DNA of 64,000 nt from Bacteroidia bacterium (GTDB lineage Bacteria; Bacteroidota; Bacteroidia; NS11-12g; UBA9320): NCBI GenBank assembly GCA_965216465.1, contig CBDCFW010000006.1:326440-390439 (forward strand), in the 5' to 3' direction. Position numbers and translations under genes: made by a program. Of this stretch, positions 1 through 10,009 are shown one piece after another. A model generated the notes under the pieces. The model saw nothing but the letters and a program-made list of their open reading frames with translations, was not told where the DNA came from and did no database searches. How positions within the stretch are numbered: position 1 is the stretch's first letter; each line of letters opens with the position of its first letter.

Positions 1-591
1 GCACTAGAAATTGTGAGATTGGAAAAGATCCAGCAGCGATATAGTGTTCATCTCCTCGAGCTTGAAGCACTTGATCAGCAGCATTCATTTTGAGCAGTGC
101 TGCCATCAAAACAATTTCCATTACGAGGATATAAGTGGCATCTTGTGTGGCCCATCCTTTCATTTCAGGCTTATGGAAACGAGGAATTTTAGCAATAAAT
201 CTTCTCGTTAAGAAAATAGCACAAGCTATTAAAACGAGGATGGCTAATACTTCAAAGAAACCAATTGCTGCGTTATATACAGGGCCTAAAACCGAGAGAA
301 CACGGTGGGTTCCGAAGAGGCCATCGATTACAATTTCGAGAACTTCAATATTGATGAGGATGAATCCGACGTATACAATAATGTGCAGGAAACCAGCAAC
401 AGGACGAACAACCATCTTACTTTGACCAAGCGCTACTTTCGCCATGGTTTTCCAACGAAGGGCTTTGTTATCGTTAATTACTTCATCTTTCCCGAGGTTA
501 ATATTCTTGCGAATTCGGGTAATAGATTTGGTGAAGAAGTAAATGGCGGTGCCCAGTACCAGGAGGAAGATTATTTGTTCTAAATACTGCA
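1..591 (-). CDS. Polytopic membrane protein, 5'-partial at the window edge. Possibly the N-terminal membrane domain of an (Fe-S)-binding oxidoreductase.
   Basis: The minus-strand reading frame starts with ATG at 589-591 and reads MQYLEQIIFLLVLGTAIYFF... It carries several hydrophobic helices and runs off the window. The plus-strand ORFs 135..425 and 305..583 are its antisense shadows. Confidence 0.45.
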
Positions 592-656
592 TGGAAATGA
601 GGTCCAAAAATAGAATAATTTGGTTGATGGAAATATTTTAAATATCTACATCACAT

Positions 657-691
657 TTTGTTTTATAATTTCAACATTCCGTTTATTTTTG
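657..691 (+). promoter_or_regulatory. Candidate Bacteroidetes-type promoter for tRNA-Phe, with a -33 TTTG and a -7 TAnnTTTG box.
   Basis: TTTG sits at 657-660 and TATTTTTG at 684-691. The spacing is about 23 nt and the box ends about 25 nt upstream of the tRNA. Confidence 0.35.
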
Positions 692-716
692 CACCCGCAT
701 TCGCAGGAATGATGTT

Positions 717-789
717 GGTGCGGTAGCTCAGTTGGTAGAGCAAAGGACTGAAAATCCTTGTGTCGGCGGTTCGATCCCGCCCCACACCA
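717..789 (+). tRNA. tRNA-Phe (anticodon GAA).
   Basis: A cloverleaf can be read by eye: GGTGCGG acceptor, GCTC/GAGC D-stem, anticodon loop CTGAAAA, and T-arm GGCGG-TTCGATC-CCGCC. CCA is not encoded. Confidence 0.9.
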
Positions 790-797
790 CGCAAAAG

Positions 798-824
798 ACC
801 CCTGGTAACTCAGGGGTTTTTTTA
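798..824 (+). terminator. Rho-independent terminator after tRNA-Phe.
   Basis: Hairpin CCCCTG-gtaact-CAGGGG is followed by T7. Confidence 0.8.
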
Positions 825-1025
825 TGTCTTATTTTGTCTATATCCTACAATCTGAAAGCAATTATTCTTTTTACAAGGGAATATCTGATAATCTTTCTAG
901 ACGCTTATCCCAACACAACAACAAAGAATCGAAATATACTCGAAATTTTACACCATGGAGATTGGTTATCTGATGTATCAAGTAACCACAATTGATTACC
1001 TTTGGGTTTCAATGTTTTGCTCTAA

Positions 1026-2348
1026 ATGAGTTGGTTCAATAAAAGAAGTAAGAAATTCAAAATCACAATAGATGATAAGAATTGGGTAGATGAAACTTTA
1101 TTATGGTTAGTCAAATGTAACAGCATTCCATCATCTACCGAGTTGGTAGACTTTTCGGAAAAGTACTTTCCAAACACATTTGGATCATCTAAGATTTCTG
1201 TTGCCGATATAGTGAAGGATTCACTTAGATATTTAGGGCTACATGATATAGACTACTCTATTCAATATCATGAAGATTTAAGAGATACTTCTGGGATTGC
1301 TTATGAGTCTGGAAAGGAAATTTTTGAATCTGACTTGGCCAAAATTGGTAATCATTATCAAATACATATTGCTACAAGCTTGGAAAGAAATCCTCCTAGA
1401 CTTGCTTATAGAGTTATACTAGAAACTGTCAAGATTAAGATGCTCACGATTGATGAGTCGTTTTATGATTCTGAGAATTTTAATTTGACTGCTCACATAG
1501 CTGCTATATACTTTGGATTAGGGCTAATTGTAGTTAATTATTCTCGTGATATTGGAAATTTAAATGATGGTGTGTGGGAAAGCAGCTGGTCATTATTTTC
1601 AGAAGTGCCAGATGAAGTTCTTGTATATGCATTGGTCTCTTACTGTAATCTTTGCAAGTTAGACCCAAATCTACTGAGTGATAACTTAAATAGTCATTTT
1701 AGACAAATTTTTGAAAATGCAAGACTTTATCTAGAACAAAATCCAAGTCAGGTGTTGAATGAAACTAATTTATTGGTAGCAAAACTTTTTTTTGAATCCA
1801 ATGAATTGTATTTAAAAAACCAGTTTGACAAGGCAATTGAAGTACTTCGTAAGATATTATTTATTCACTCAGGGCATGGCAGTCTAAATAATTGGGAGCT
1901 TGCTGAAGTTTATAATAACATTGGGTATTATCAACTTCGAAATGGCGAGTATTTTAAGAGCATTGACAATTTCCAGAAAGCAATAAACCATGATGAAGAC
2001 TTTGGGTATGCTCGAAGTAACCTAGGATATAGTCTTTTAGAACTCAACAAACTTGAAGAGGGCAAAGAGAATATACTTGAAGCTAAACAATGTCCTATTC
2101 ATGATTTAGGGTACATCCACAGAGGACTAGCACTGTACTATCAGAAAAAGAATGAGTTTCAAGAAGCTGAGAAACAATACAAGAAAGCGTTTGAATTGAA
2201 AACTAACGAAGTAGACTTATTGGAGTTAAACTACTGTAAACTTCTATTCGTGCTAGGGGATAAAGACAACGGGCTTAAATATCTTAAAATTGCTGTCGAA
2301 AAAAACGAACCAGAAGCAATAGCATACAGAGCTTCTCTATCATTTTAG
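1026..2348 (+). CDS. Hypothetical protein with C-terminal TPR-like repeats.
   Basis: The ORF is 440 aa. Its C-terminal half has TPR-like helical repeats (NIGYYQLRNGEYFKSIDNFQKAINHDEDF, GYSLLELNKLEEG). I recognise nothing in the N-terminal half. Confidence 0.6.
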   Translation: MSWFNKRSKKFKITIDDKNWVDETLLWLVKCNSIPSSTELVDFSEKYFPNTFGSSKISVADIVKDSLRYLGLHDIDYSIQYHEDLRDTSGIAYESGKEIFESDLAKIGNHYQIHIATSLERNPPRLAYRVILETVKIKMLTIDESFYDSENFNLTAHIAAIYFGLGLIVVNYSRDIGNLNDGVWESSWSLFSEVPDEVLVYALVSYCNLCKLDPNLLSDNLNSHFRQIFENARLYLEQNPSQVLNETNLLVAKLFFESNELYLKNQFDKAIEVLRKILFIHSGHGSLNNWELAEVYNNIGYYQLRNGEYFKSIDNFQKAINHDEDFGYARSNLGYSLLELNKLEEGKENILEAKQCPIHDLGYIHRGLALYYQKKNEFQEAEKQYKKAFELKTNEVDLLELNYCKLLFVLGDKDNGLKYLKIAVEKNEPEAIAYRASLSF

Positions 2349-2381
2349 CAGATATCCAGACCAATCGAAGAATCTCTATCT

Positions 2382-2792
2382 TTGAGTCCCATGTTGAAGA
2401 GTAAAACAGGAACTAAGACTGCCATTATTGTGTTTGGATCATTGACCTTGATTCAATGGATTTTGGTGAATTACGACTTGCATGTGCTGTCAGCCAAAGA
2501 GCCAAGGGAACTCGGTTTATATACCTCTTTGATAGTGGTAGTCGTTTTAAACGGGCTGATGGCTGTCGCTAGACAATCAGCATCAATTGGTCTAGCTCTA
2601 CTAACAGTAACGTGTGCTTTCATAATGGTATTCTGGGGTTCTTGGTTACTGCATGAGTCATTGGCATCAAATGAAACGAGTCAGTATGGAGGTGGAGCGG
2701 CAGCAGCAGTTGTTGTGTTCTTTCCGACTGCTTTAGTCGCAGTGATTCTGCAAGGCTATATCTATGACAGATTTTACAACTTCAAAGAGTAG
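2382..2792 (+). CDS. Small integral membrane protein, hypothetical.
   Basis: The ORF is 136 aa with about four hydrophobic helices. Confidence 0.5.
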   Translation: MSPMLKSKTGTKTAIIVFGSLTLIQWILVNYDLHVLSAKEPRELGLYTSLIVVVVLNGLMAVARQSASIGLALLTVTCAFIMVFWGSWLLHESLASNETSQYGGGAAAAVVVFFPTALVAVILQGYIYDRFYNFKE

Positions 2793-3173
2793 CCGGACTC
2801 CTATAATGTATATATAGCTGGAGGGAAATCCTTGACCAAAACCCCCTCAAAAACCCTAGGATATGGGTAGGGGTCTCTTCTCGTTCCTCTCATTTCAATT
2901 TTACCCAAACTCAAATATTATTCCTTTGCCAGTCTGACTGATAGTATGAGGTGGTGTCTTCTGCAATCCATGTCACCAGCACAAGCAACCAGAATTCCTC
3001 AAATTTCATCAACAACTTCATACTTCAAATTGTGTTGATCAGCATATGCTGTCAATATTTGAGAAAGCTCCTTTAGGTTTAACATTTATAAGCTGAATGT
3101 CACAAAGTTAGGTGTTATCCTTTATGACCAAAATCCGACTTCATTATTGAAACATCGGGCTACATTTGATTCA

Positions 3174-4115
3174 ATGAAAATCCTTTTCTCGACAGCTCTT
3201 CTTTTTCTAGGACTCACCACTCTAGCTCAATCACCAAAAGGCTACTCTATCATTTTTGAAAATACGGTAAATACCGGGTATCTTGAGAATAATAATTTAT
3301 CGAGCATGCTTAACGGTTACGACAATCTACCAAACTACTTCAATAATTTCCCAAGCCTCGATGCACAAATAACAGAGACTAAAGAATTCGATAGCACTAC
3401 ATCATTCTTCAATAGACCTTATCACATTGCTGGCGGAGATAAAATCTACTTTAGAAATACCACCATCGGAATTCAAAAAGACATTCTTCGTTCAAACGGC
3501 ACAGACATTAGCCACAGTTTTGGAATAAACATTGGTTTGGCAGATTTTAACTTGGGCACAATCCAAAGCTATAGTAGCACGAACTACTTGGGCAAAGATT
3601 CAACACCTGAAGATGGCGTGTATCACATACAAGAATCAAGTCGTCGTTCGATATCAGCTTACAAAAAAGTAAGACGAGTAGGGTTATACTACGAAAACAG
3701 CATCAGACTAAAACCGGCTAAATGGTTCAACCTTTCTATTTCACTGAGACACTTTGTTGATCTAAAATATAAAGATCAACTGCTTACACGATATTCAGAA
3801 CGATTGGCCGACACGTTCTTTACCTATGAGAAATACGATGATTATTCAATCTACTGGATGGACTGCATTGTTCTTGGGCCAAGACTAAATCTTTATGACA
3901 AGGAAGAACCTCGTTCAATTCATGATGTTTCCGAGCGAGATGTTCAACTGAACTATAGAAATTCCATTCTGTTTAGACCTGAATTTTTATTCGGAAAGCA
4001 AAAGAAGGTTTCATTGTATTTCAACGTTGGATTCTCTCCACTTCAGCTTCAAGGGGATGATTTTGTCACTAACTCAAACTGGACGTATGGATACGGATTG
4101 AGGTATCGACTCTAA
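3174..4115 (+). CDS. Secreted hypothetical protein with a signal peptide, possibly an outer-membrane beta-barrel.
   Basis: ATG at 3174 gives MKILFSTALLFLGLTTLAQS. The track ORF begins at an upstream TTG. The protein is rich in Y/N/S/T. Confidence 0.55.
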   Translation: MKILFSTALLFLGLTTLAQSPKGYSIIFENTVNTGYLENNNLSSMLNGYDNLPNYFNNFPSLDAQITETKEFDSTTSFFNRPYHIAGGDKIYFRNTTIGIQKDILRSNGTDISHSFGINIGLADFNLGTIQSYSSTNYLGKDSTPEDGVYHIQESSRRSISAYKKVRRVGLYYENSIRLKPAKWFNLSISLRHFVDLKYKDQLLTRYSERLADTFFTYEKYDDYSIYWMDCIVLGPRLNLYDKEEPRSIHDVSERDVQLNYRNSILFRPEFLFGKQKKVSLYFNVGFSPLQLQGDDFVTNSNWTYGYGLRYRL

Positions 4116-4757
4116 CTATTTTCGAGCTATAAGATAATCGGCGAAGCCATACCAATCCCAGTACACGCCGCCTTTTACATAGCCTAATTGAATCTTTTGA
4201 ACCACAATCTTGATGGGCATAAGAAGAATATTTATCAATCTTCTGTTTTTGCCCGATTGCAACACTTTCATCCCACCTTTATTGAAAATCCCAGCGATTT
4301 CCTCAATGCTATAGATGCGAACATGGGTATCATCGTCGTAGAAGTTCAAGGTGCCTTTTTTCGATGGGAAATCCTTGCTCGCTTCACATGGAAACTCTAC
4401 ATAAAATACCCCGCCTTCTTTGAGCTTTGGCATTAAGCCTTTTACCACATCATCACCATTGTGTAAATGCTCAATGATGTGACTCATAACTATAATGTCG
4501 TAATGGTTATCTGGTATTGCATCAAACTTCAACTCAGTTAAATCCAATTGAATGAACTCATCCATATTGGCCAAGTCTTCTGCATCATTGTCATAATTTT
4601 GATCGCGATCTACTCCTGTATAGTGACAGAGTGGAAAGTGCTTTTTGGTTATCGTAGCCGAGTGACTTCCAGAACCAATATCCAGCACCTTACACGACAA
4701 AGTAGGTGAATATTTCTTTAGGATGTTTATCCGAAAAGGAGGTATAAAATTGGCCAT
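4116..4757 (-). CDS. Class I SAM-dependent methyltransferase.
   Basis: Motif I is VLDIGSGSH and an acidic post-I residue is present. The gene abuts the ridA-like gene. Confidence 0.7.
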   Translation of the reverse strand: MANFIPPFRINILKKYSPTLSCKVLDIGSGSHSATITKKHFPLCHYTGVDRDQNYDNDAEDLANMDEFIQLDLTELKFDAIPDNHYDIIVMSHIIEHLHNGDDVVKGLMPKLKEGGVFYVEFPCEASKDFPSKKGTLNFYDDDTHVRIYSIEEIAGIFNKGGMKVLQSGKNRRLINILLMPIKIVVQKIQLGYVKGGVYWDWYGFADYLIARK

Positions 4758-5138
4758 TTACTTAACTGCAATAACGCTAATTTCTACATTAACTCGCTTA
4801 GGCAAGGTTTTTACCGCAACTGCCTCTCTAGCAGGAGGATTGTCAATAAAATACTGAGCATAAACCTCATTTATACTGGTATAGTAATCCATGTCGCTCA
4901 TAAAAATGCTGGCCTTTACAACGTTTGAAAAATCCATTTCAGCTGCTTTTAAAACAGCTTCAATATTCTTCATTACTTGAATTGTTTCGCTGATTATACC
5001 ATCATCCACCAATTCTCCAGTTGCAGGATCAATGGCTATCTGACCGCTACAATACAAGGTATCGTTTACAAGAACCGCTTGACTGTAAGGGCCTATGGCA
5101 GCAGGAGCATCTGGTGTACTTATTATTTTTTTACTCAT
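4758..5138 (-). CDS. ridA: RidA/YjgF family reactive-intermediate deaminase.
   Basis: The ORF is 126 aa. PDAPAAIGPYSQAV...SGQIAIDPATGE...AREAVAVKTLP is characteristic of YjgF/TdcF. Confidence 0.85.
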   Translation of the reverse strand: MSKKIISTPDAPAAIGPYSQAVLVNDTLYCSGQIAIDPATGELVDDGIISETIQVMKNIEAVLKAAEMDFSNVVKASIFMSDMDYYTSINEVYAQYFIDNPPAREAVAVKTLPKRVNVEISVIAVK

Positions 5139-5191
5139 TTTTATGCTTTAGTATTTGGTTTCAAGTTTAGCCTTTTAACTTTGCTCACTTC

Positions 5192-5848
5192 ATGAATATT
5201 GCAGCTAAAGGCCATCCCAATCAAATTCAAGAACTCGCTGAATTGCTTTCAGACCATTCTATTTTGGAGTTCAAAATTAATGAAATTGACAGCTATGATG
5301 TCATCTTTGATTTGGATTTTGATGAAAACCCAGAACAATTCACAAATTACCTCGAAGTTGACGAATGTTTAGTCGTAGCTGGATGCATCAGACTTCAACT
5401 TGAAGAAATTGTAGCAGAAGCTGGAATCAAACCAAACTGTGCTTTTATTGGCATGAATACCCTGCCAACTTTTATCAACCGAAGCTTGGTAGAATGCTGT
5501 GCCTTAAACGAAGAAGATCAAGAAATGGCAAAAGCTATTTTCACCTCTCTTGGACTTGAAAGCAGATTTGTGGAAAGCAGAGTAGGGTTGGTAACTCCTC
5601 GTATCGTTTGTATGATTATCAATGAAGCCTATTTTACGGTACAAGAAGGTACAGCTAGCCGTGAAGATATCGATCTTGGTATGAAACTCGGAACCGCGTA
5701 TCCAAAGGGACCATTTGAATGGTGTGATGAAATTGGAATCGACAATGTTTATGAGACTTTAGAAGCACTATACCAAGACACTAAAGATGAACGCTACAAA
5801 ATCTGCCCGCTGCTTAAAAAAGAGTACCTGCAGAGCTTTGTCTCTTAA
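5192..5848 (+). CDS. 3-hydroxyacyl-CoA dehydrogenase C-terminal-domain protein, without a recognisable N-terminal NAD-binding Rossmann domain.
   Basis: REDIDLGMKLGTAYPKGPFEWCDEIGID matches the 3HCDH C-terminal dimerisation domain. No GxGxxG is present. Confidence 0.55.
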   Translation: MNIAAKGHPNQIQELAELLSDHSILEFKINEIDSYDVIFDLDFDENPEQFTNYLEVDECLVVAGCIRLQLEEIVAEAGIKPNCAFIGMNTLPTFINRSLVECCALNEEDQEMAKAIFTSLGLESRFVESRVGLVTPRIVCMIINEAYFTVQEGTASREDIDLGMKLGTAYPKGPFEWCDEIGIDNVYETLEALYQDTKDERYKICPLLKKEYLQSFVS

Positions 5849-5854
5849 TTCGCA

Positions 5855-7435
5855 TCATACGCCTAATACTTTAAACTCAACTCTTCTATTCAGCAATTGA
5901 CCTTGTTTGGTTGAATTATCGGCTATAGGATAATCAGGACCAAAGCCTTTAATCTCAATTCGTGATTCGTCAATTCCATTTAAGGTTAAAAAGCTCCTTA
6001 CAGCCTTTGCCCTCCGTAAACTCAAATCCATATTGTGATCATAATCTCCAACGTCGCTAGTATGACCTGATAGTTCAATTCTCATGGCATTATTGCCTAA
6101 TAGAGCTTCGAGCAATTCTCCCAGTGTTTGAAAAGATTCAGGCAGTAACTCTGCTTCATCGTTCTCAAAATGTATATCATCAAGTATCAATTGGTCACCA
6201 ACCTTGAGGTCAGTAAACAATCCTCCTTCTTTAGCAGGTTCCTCATCTTCTGACACCCCCTCAAAGTTGCACCCACAATCAGAACTTCCCGCAGGTACCA
6301 AACTCACATCGTCCATAAAATAATAACTCTCTTGTGCCTCACCATCTACACTAATCAAGTTAAGATCATGATGATTTTGAAAGCTCCCGATAACCAAATA
6401 ACGTTCTCCACCTATTGCCTTGTACGAGCATTGTACCTTCATCCAACGTGTCTTGTAATTTAGTACTTGATCATTTAAACCCTTGCTCGGTTCTATAGTT
6501 AACAGTTCATCTGTGTTGATGCTCACTTTGTCCTGCGACAGTTTAAACCCAAACGCATTGGTTGCATATCTACTTGCAGGAGAAAGTTTTAGAAATGCTG
6601 AAAAGCAATAAACAGAATCTTTCTCTAAGGGCTGCTTCAATTCGTTCTGGAGATATTCAATGTGCTTTTGCATGCTAAATACTCGAAAACCAACAAACGA
6701 AGAACCCGAATGTGAAACTCGAGGTGCTATATAAAAGTCTGGAGATTCAGACGCAATTTCCCAGCCCGGAACCTGGTTCGTAAACGACATAATCGTAAAT
6801 GGCGCTTTAGGATGTATTTCAAACTCTGGGTTGCTTATATAATTATAAGGATGTTTGGTATTTGTGTTTTGATCATTTACCAACTCACTATTTCCAACGC
6901 TATCTTCAAAACTCCGATATGCGCTATCGGTCATTGTTCCATTTGGATTTTGATATGTCGAACTCCATTGTGACATCAAGTCCATTGGAATATGATTCTT
7001 TAACTTCTTTTTGTACTCCCATACTGTAAAGCTCTCAAAATCTTTGAACACGTGAATAATCCTGCCTCCATTATCAATAATTCCATTCTTAAATCCCAAT
7101 TGATTGGTAATTGTGCCTTTATGATAATTGCGAATTAGGATAGTATCACCCGTCTCCGGTTCGTAATAAATCTCTAAGCCATGTTTACGGGTGAGTTTGG
7201 CTGACTTATTAGCCTTGTAGTTTACTTCAATCAAAGTATTTCCAAGCGAATCAATGGCCAACCAACGACCATTTTTCAAATGTGCCGTAGTTTTCTGCCC
7301 AGTGACTACCGATCGGTATTTGATGCTTACATTTTCACCAACTGTTTCGGCAAGTAGACTTTTATACCGAATGGTATCTTGCCCGAAGGCAGCAACATTA
7401 ATAAGTACAAGAAGAAGAGCTCCAGCCAGTTTCAT
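5855..7435 (-). CDS. OmpA-family protein: a large unknown N-terminal domain plus a C-terminal OmpA/peptidoglycan-binding domain.
   Basis: The C-terminus LSGHTSDVGDYDHNMDLSLRRAKAV...NRRVEF is an OmpA_C domain. The signal peptide MKLAGALLLVLINVAAFGQ begins at ATG 7435. The track ORF start at 7579 overlaps bamA and is probably an over-extension. Confidence 0.75.
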   Translation of the reverse strand: MKLAGALLLVLINVAAFGQDTIRYKSLLAETVGENVSIKYRSVVTGQKTTAHLKNGRWLAIDSLGNTLIEVNYKANKSAKLTRKHGLEIYYEPETGDTILIRNYHKGTITNQLGFKNGIIDNGGRIIHVFKDFESFTVWEYKKKLKNHIPMDLMSQWSSTYQNPNGTMTDSAYRSFEDSVGNSELVNDQNTNTKHPYNYISNPEFEIHPKAPFTIMSFTNQVPGWEIASESPDFYIAPRVSHSGSSFVGFRVFSMQKHIEYLQNELKQPLEKDSVYCFSAFLKLSPASRYATNAFGFKLSQDKVSINTDELLTIEPSKGLNDQVLNYKTRWMKVQCSYKAIGGERYLVIGSFQNHHDLNLISVDGEAQESYYFMDDVSLVPAGSSDCGCNFEGVSEDEEPAKEGGLFTDLKVGDQLILDDIHFENDEAELLPESFQTLGELLEALLGNNAMRIELSGHTSDVGDYDHNMDLSLRRAKAVRSFLTLNGIDESRIEIKGFGPDYPIADNSTKQGQLLNRRVEFKVLGV

Positions 7436-7499
7436 TTGTTTACTATCAAACGAAAATTGTGCCAGAAAAATATGAATCGCAATTAATTTAAACCAATTC

Positions 7500-10001
7500 T
7501 TAGAACTGTTGACCAATAAAGAAGTGGAATTGTCCTGCAGGTTCACCAGCACTTTGATCCATCGCCCATGCATAATCAATTCCTAGAAGTCCAAACATAG
7601 GTAAGAACAGACGCACACCAACTCCACCTGCTCGTCTAACTTCAAATGGATTGAAATCTCTGAAACTGCTCCAAGCATTTCCTGCCTCTAAGAAGGTTTG
7701 AGCATAGATAGTAGAAGACTGGCCTACAGTTAATGGATAACGAAGTTCTAACGTGTACTTAGTATAGATTGGTTGTCCGCTCTGTCCAAATGCAGGGTCA
7801 CTGATTCGACCTTCATCATAACCTCTTTGTGAAACAATATCAGTACCGTAAAGTACAAAGTTGGTCAAACCGCTACCCCCTACTTTGAACATTTCAAAAG
7901 GAGAATATCCAATATCTTGATTGTAAATTCCAATTGCTCCAAAACGGTAAGCTGGTGCAATAACCACCTTTCTCTTTGCTTTCTGAGGGAAGCCTAAGAA
8001 CCATTGCCCTGAGAACTTATACTTATGCAACTCAATCCACTTAAAGCGTTCTTGTGCAGTTAATGAAGTATAGTCTTTGTCTTTATCAAACAATGAATAT
8101 GGAGGTGTTGCTTGAATAGAAGCTGCGAACGAAGATCCTTCTGTTGGATAGATTGGATGATCGGTACTGTTTCTTTTCAGATCTAAGATCAAACTAACGT
8201 TGTTTGCAAATCCTGTTGTAAATCCAAGCTCGGATGCACCTGAGAAACTCCAATTGTTTAAAACATAGCGCTGGTAAGTTGCAGAAGCAGTGAACGAGAA
8301 GTAGTCATCAGGAAACTTCAATTGCTTTCCAAACATTACTGTTGCACCCGAAGTTTTAAACTTTGGTCGATCCGCTTCGGTAGACCAAGTTGACTGCACA
8401 CTGTGAAACACACTCGCCGAGAACATATTGGGCTTCTTACCACCTAACCATGGCTCTGTAAAGCTAAAGTTGTATCCTTGATATTGTGGCCCATTACTTT
8501 GAGCTCTGATTGACAATTTTTGGCCGTCACCCGCTGGAATTGGAGACCACCCACCAGGCTGAAACATCTTTCGTGTACTGAAGTTGTTTAAGGTAAGCCC
8601 TAGAGTTCCTACAAATCCTCCGATACCACCCCATCCTCCTGAGGCTTCAATCTGATCACTCGGTTTTTCAACCACTTTGTATTGAATATCTACCGTTCCA
8701 TTTTGCGGATTTGGAATTGGATTTACGTCTAATCCTTCAGGATCGAAGAAACCAAGTTGTGCCAACTCACGCATACTTCTCTGAATGTCAGAACGACTAA
8801 ATTTATCTCCTGGTCGCGTTCTTATCACACGCAAGGCAACAAAATCACTTGTTTTAGTGTTTCCTATCACGGTAACACGGTTTACTGTTGCTTGCTTTCC
8901 TTCATATATTCTAAGCTCAAGATCAATACTATCATTTTCCACAAGAACCTCAACCGGGTTAATGTTGAAGAAGAGATAACCATCATCCATGTACAAAGCG
9001 GAAACATCAAATCCTGTTGGACTCGCAAATAGTTTGGTTTCCAAACGTGATTGATCATACACATCACCTCGTCTAATTCCCAAAACCGTATCCAATAAAC
9101 CTGAGCTGTATTTTGTATTTCCAACCCATGTGATATTTCTGAAATAGTACTTGTTTCCTTCCTCAATATTCATTCGGATAACCACTCGATCTTCTTCGGT
9201 GCGGTCTACAGAATAATCAAGCAATTTTGCATCTCGATAACCTTTCGAATTATACAGCTTCATTACCTCCGGACGTGTTTCATCAAACACATCTTGAACA
9301 AACTTAGAAGAGGCAAAAATGTTAATCTTACGGTACTTTCTTTTAGGCTTAATAAGCTTTCTAAGCTGCTTATCTTCAATGCTGGCGTTTCCAGTGAACA
9401 CAACATCTTGCACCTTTATTTTTTTCCCGCGTTGAATGTCAATTCGCAGCACCTCATAGTTTGGTTTCTCTGCATCAGGCTCTTTTTTGAAGTCAATTTC
9501 TACCCCATAATATCCCTTTTCAAAGAAGTAAGCTTCAATTTCTCTACGGGTAGAATTCACCAAATCTTCGGTAATAATTTGATTTCTTTTGAGGCTAATC
9601 TCATCACGAATATTATTCGTTTGAGATTTGTTTAGACCTTTAATCGAGTACTTCGATAAACGAGGTCTTTCAGTTAAGTGAATAGCTAAATAGACTTTTT
9701 TACCATCTATTTTCAATGCGTGAATTTCGATGTCACTAAACAGCTTTTGTTTCCATAGCCGTTCAATAGCGATTCGTGTCTCATCACCAGGGATTGTTAT
9801 CTTCTGGCCAACCGATAATCCAGACATCAAAATAACGATGTTCCGATCGGTAAAGCTTGTCCCTTTAAATTTGACATCAATTCCTCCTAATTCATACTGT
9901 TTTGGGTTCTCATAGTCGATTTCGATCCCTGCTCCTATTCCTAGTTGAGCGAATGAAAATGTTGCTTTTAGTATTAGTACGAGTGCTAATAATTTTTTCA
10001 T
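7500..10001 (-). CDS. bamA: Outer membrane protein assembly factor BamA (Omp85).
   Basis: The ORF is 833 aa with a signal peptide, POTRA-like N-terminal repeats, and a C-terminal beta-barrel ending in an aromatic residue. It lies directly downstream of uppS, as is typical. Confidence 0.9.
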   Translation of the reverse strand: MKKLLALVLILKATFSFAQLGIGAGIEIDYENPKQYELGGIDVKFKGTSFTDRNIVILMSGLSVGQKITIPGDETRIAIERLWKQKLFSDIEIHALKIDGKKVYLAIHLTERPRLSKYSIKGLNKSQTNNIRDEISLKRNQIITEDLVNSTRREIEAYFFEKGYYGVEIDFKKEPDAEKPNYEVLRIDIQRGKKIKVQDVVFTGNASIEDKQLRKLIKPKRKYRKINIFASSKFVQDVFDETRPEVMKLYNSKGYRDAKLLDYSVDRTEEDRVVIRMNIEEGNKYYFRNITWVGNTKYSSGLLDTVLGIRRGDVYDQSRLETKLFASPTGFDVSALYMDDGYLFFNINPVEVLVENDSIDLELRIYEGKQATVNRVTVIGNTKTSDFVALRVIRTRPGDKFSRSDIQRSMRELAQLGFFDPEGLDVNPIPNPQNGTVDIQYKVVEKPSDQIEASGGWGGIGGFVGTLGLTLNNFSTRKMFQPGGWSPIPAGDGQKLSIRAQSNGPQYQGYNFSFTEPWLGGKKPNMFSASVFHSVQSTWSTEADRPKFKTSGATVMFGKQLKFPDDYFSFTASATYQRYVLNNWSFSGASELGFTTGFANNVSLILDLKRNSTDHPIYPTEGSSFAASIQATPPYSLFDKDKDYTSLTAQERFKWIELHKYKFSGQWFLGFPQKAKRKVVIAPAYRFGAIGIYNQDIGYSPFEMFKVGGSGLTNFVLYGTDIVSQRGYDEGRISDPAFGQSGQPIYTKYTLELRYPLTVGQSSTIYAQTFLEAGNAWSSFRDFNPFEVRRAGGVGVRLFLPMFGLLGIDYAWAMDQSAGEPAGQFHFFIGQQF

Positions 10002-10009
10002 TTATGCTT

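Noticed and set aside
135-583. Plus-strand ORFs 135..425 and 305..583.
   Set aside because: They are antisense to a much more convincing minus-strand polytopic membrane protein (1..591). They have no motifs and their composition is odd.
732-995. ORF of 87 aa overlapping tRNA-Phe and its terminator.
   Set aside because: It starts inside the tRNA gene, so it is spurious.
7436-7579. The 5' extension of the OmpA-family ORF that overlaps bamA.
   Set aside because: An internal ATG at 7435 gives a canonical signal peptide. The extension overlaps the bamA coding region by 80 nt.
8757-9635. Several ORFs of 60-113 aa inside or antisense to bamA (8757..9032, 8785..8979, 8882..9166, 9294..9635).
   Set aside because: They are embedded in a high-confidence 833-aa gene, have low complexity, and show no motifs.
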